46,418 bases of DNA from Myxococcota bacterium (GTDB taxonomy: Bacteria > Myxococcota > UBA4151), in NCBI GenBank assembly GCA_036338695.1, contig JAYZBQ010000056.1, positions 1 through 46,418 on the forward strand. The letters are read 5' to 3'. This document shows positions 45,183-46,418 of the stretch, in pieces (within the stretch, counting starts at the first letter, position 1; every line of letters starts with the position of its first letter). A model generated the notes under the pieces. The model searched no databases. It was not told the DNA's origin and was given only the letters and a program-made list of their open reading frames with translations. The position numbers and the translations under genes were made by a program.

Positions 45183-46418
45183 CTACTTCGAGGTCATGGT
45201 GTAGACGCCGTCCCAATCGTCACCTGGCGGATTACCCTGTAATGAACGGGCTCGCTCGATAAAGACGCGACTCGCCAGGTCATCGTCTCGAAGATCCAGC
45301 ACTCGCTCGAAGCATGTGACGGCCTCGTCCCATGATTGGGCACGATAGGCCTTCAGCCCCGCCTCATAGCTGTCGATCCAGCTCGCCGTGGCTTCATCGG
45401 GCTCACCCTCGCCGACGACCTCAAAGATGCGCACGGGCGCAAGCTTCCCTTTGACCCGCACGGCGTCGAGCTCACGGAAGAAAACCCGCCCGGCGCTGCG
45501 GTTCACGGTCTCTTCGGAGACGATGACCCGCGTCCCGTACTGTTTGTTGATCCCTTCAAGCCGCGACCCGAGGTTCACGTTATCGCCCAGCACCGTGTAA
45601 TCCATCCGCTGCGTCGAGCCCATGTTCCCGACCCGCATCGGACCGGAGTTTAGCCCGATCCCGATGTCGATCCCGGGCAGACCGCGCGCCCACCAACGCT
45701 CGTTGAGCTCATGCAGGCAGTCGACCATCTTGAGCGCCGCCACCATACCCATGTCCGCATGGTCATCCATGTCGCCGGGTGCCCCAAAGAACGCCATGAT
45801 GGCGTCCCCCATGTACTTATCGAGCGTCCCACCGTGCTCAAAGATAATCGCCGTCATCGGCGTAAAGTACTCGTTGAGGAAGTTCGTCAGCTCACCAGCG
45901 TCGAACTGCTCGGACATGGTCGTAAAGCCACGAATATCGCTAAAGATGACCGTCAGGTCTTTCTCTTCGCCCCCGAGGTTGAGCAGCGCAGAGTTCTCCA
46001 TCACCTGCTGCGCCACCGATGGGCTCACGTAGCCCTCGAGCACTTTCCTTGTCTTGGCGCGCTCCCGCCCTTCCGTCAGGTAACCGTAGACGATCAGCGC
46101 CGACCAGAGGAAGAAGAAGCACAGGATCGGGACGATCCCGTAAGCCCAGTAACCGTTCGGGAAAAGGACCTGTGTATCCCCCACATACCAGAACCCGATG
46201 ACCATAAAGAGGGCGGCGATACTCATCGGCACGCTCACGTTTGAGATGATCGCTGCGAGCAGCACGCCCAGCGTCAGCATGGCGCCCACCTCGGCGGTCG
46301 CCATGAACCATGGTCGCTGCAAGAACTGCCTGCTGACGATATTTTGAACCGCAGCTGCGTGCACCTCAACCCCCGGTCCGAAGTCCGAATAAGGGGTAAT
46401 CCGTTGATCGTAGGTCCC
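45183..46418 (-). CDS. Class III adenylate cyclase with CHASE2-type sensor end, TM helices and C-terminal TPR-like segment (5' end outside the window)
   Basis: Frame open to the window edge (D..ITPY...PGVEVHA, CHASE2-like end); FSDIRGFT, DKYMGDAIM (Lys suggests ATP specificity), DYTVLGDNVNLGSRLE. Confidence 0.9.
   Translation of the reverse strand, partial: GTYDQRITPYSDFGPGVEVHAAAVQNIVSRQFLQRPWFMATAEVGAMLTLGVLLAAIISNVSVPMSIAALFMVIGFWYVGDTQVLFPNGYWAYGIVPILCFFFLWSALIVYGYLTEGRERAKTRKVLEGYVSPSVAQQVMENSALLNLGGEEKDLTVIFSDIRGFTTMSEQFDAGELTNFLNEYFTPMTAIIFEHGGTLDKYMGDAIMAFFGAPGDMDDHADMGMVAALKMVDCLHELNERWWARGLPGIDIGIGLNSGPMRVGNMGSTQRMDYTVLGDNVNLGSRLEGINKQYGTRVIVSEETVNRSAGRVFFRELDAVRVKGKLAPVRIFEVVGEGEPDEATASWIDSYEAGLKAYRAQSWDEAVTCFERVLDLRDDDLASRVFIERARSLQGNPPGDDWDGVYTMTSK

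Noticed and set aside
1..46418. tRNA, rRNA, CRISPR array, IS, integrase or prophage
   Set aside because: No cloverleaf, spaced repeats, transposase or phage motifs seen; nearly all sequence is explained by CDSs

Overview
GC-rich, densely packed bacterial chromosome segment, probably from a Myxococcota/deltaproteobacterial organism. That inference rests on DAG-linker Cys-rich lipoproteins, a GYF_2/AgmX-type protein, myxobacterial-style LptD and AMIN proteins, and a CHASE2-type cyclase. About 33 CDSs were found; no rRNA, tRNA, CRISPR array or mobile element was seen. Core genes: speA, an M1 aminopeptidase, rplS-rluD-pgeF-queG, an acyl-CoA dehydrogenase, a sigma-70 factor, accD-folC-AMIN-lptD-GATase-anmK, and a partial adenylate cyclase. 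The most notable item is missing from the ORF track because it runs off the left edge: a >1490-aa lipoprotein (minus strand, <1..4477). It has Cys-rich N-terminal modules and a C-terminal helical region whose pattern resembles the pore-forming part of Tc toxin A subunits, making it a candidate surface-anchored toxin or translocator. Also notable: a fused double-DUF1538 membrane protein with two PII-like genes; a HEAT-like protein coupled to a catalytically degenerate HD-GYP protein; a SpoIVB/S55 protease with a partner; divergent genes sharing one CATG start; a hairpin over the sigma-factor RBS; a palindromic operator before the acyl-CoA dehydrogenase; a likely leaderless gene; and ultra-short uncharged signal peptides. 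All family calls are from motif recognition by eye, not database searches.
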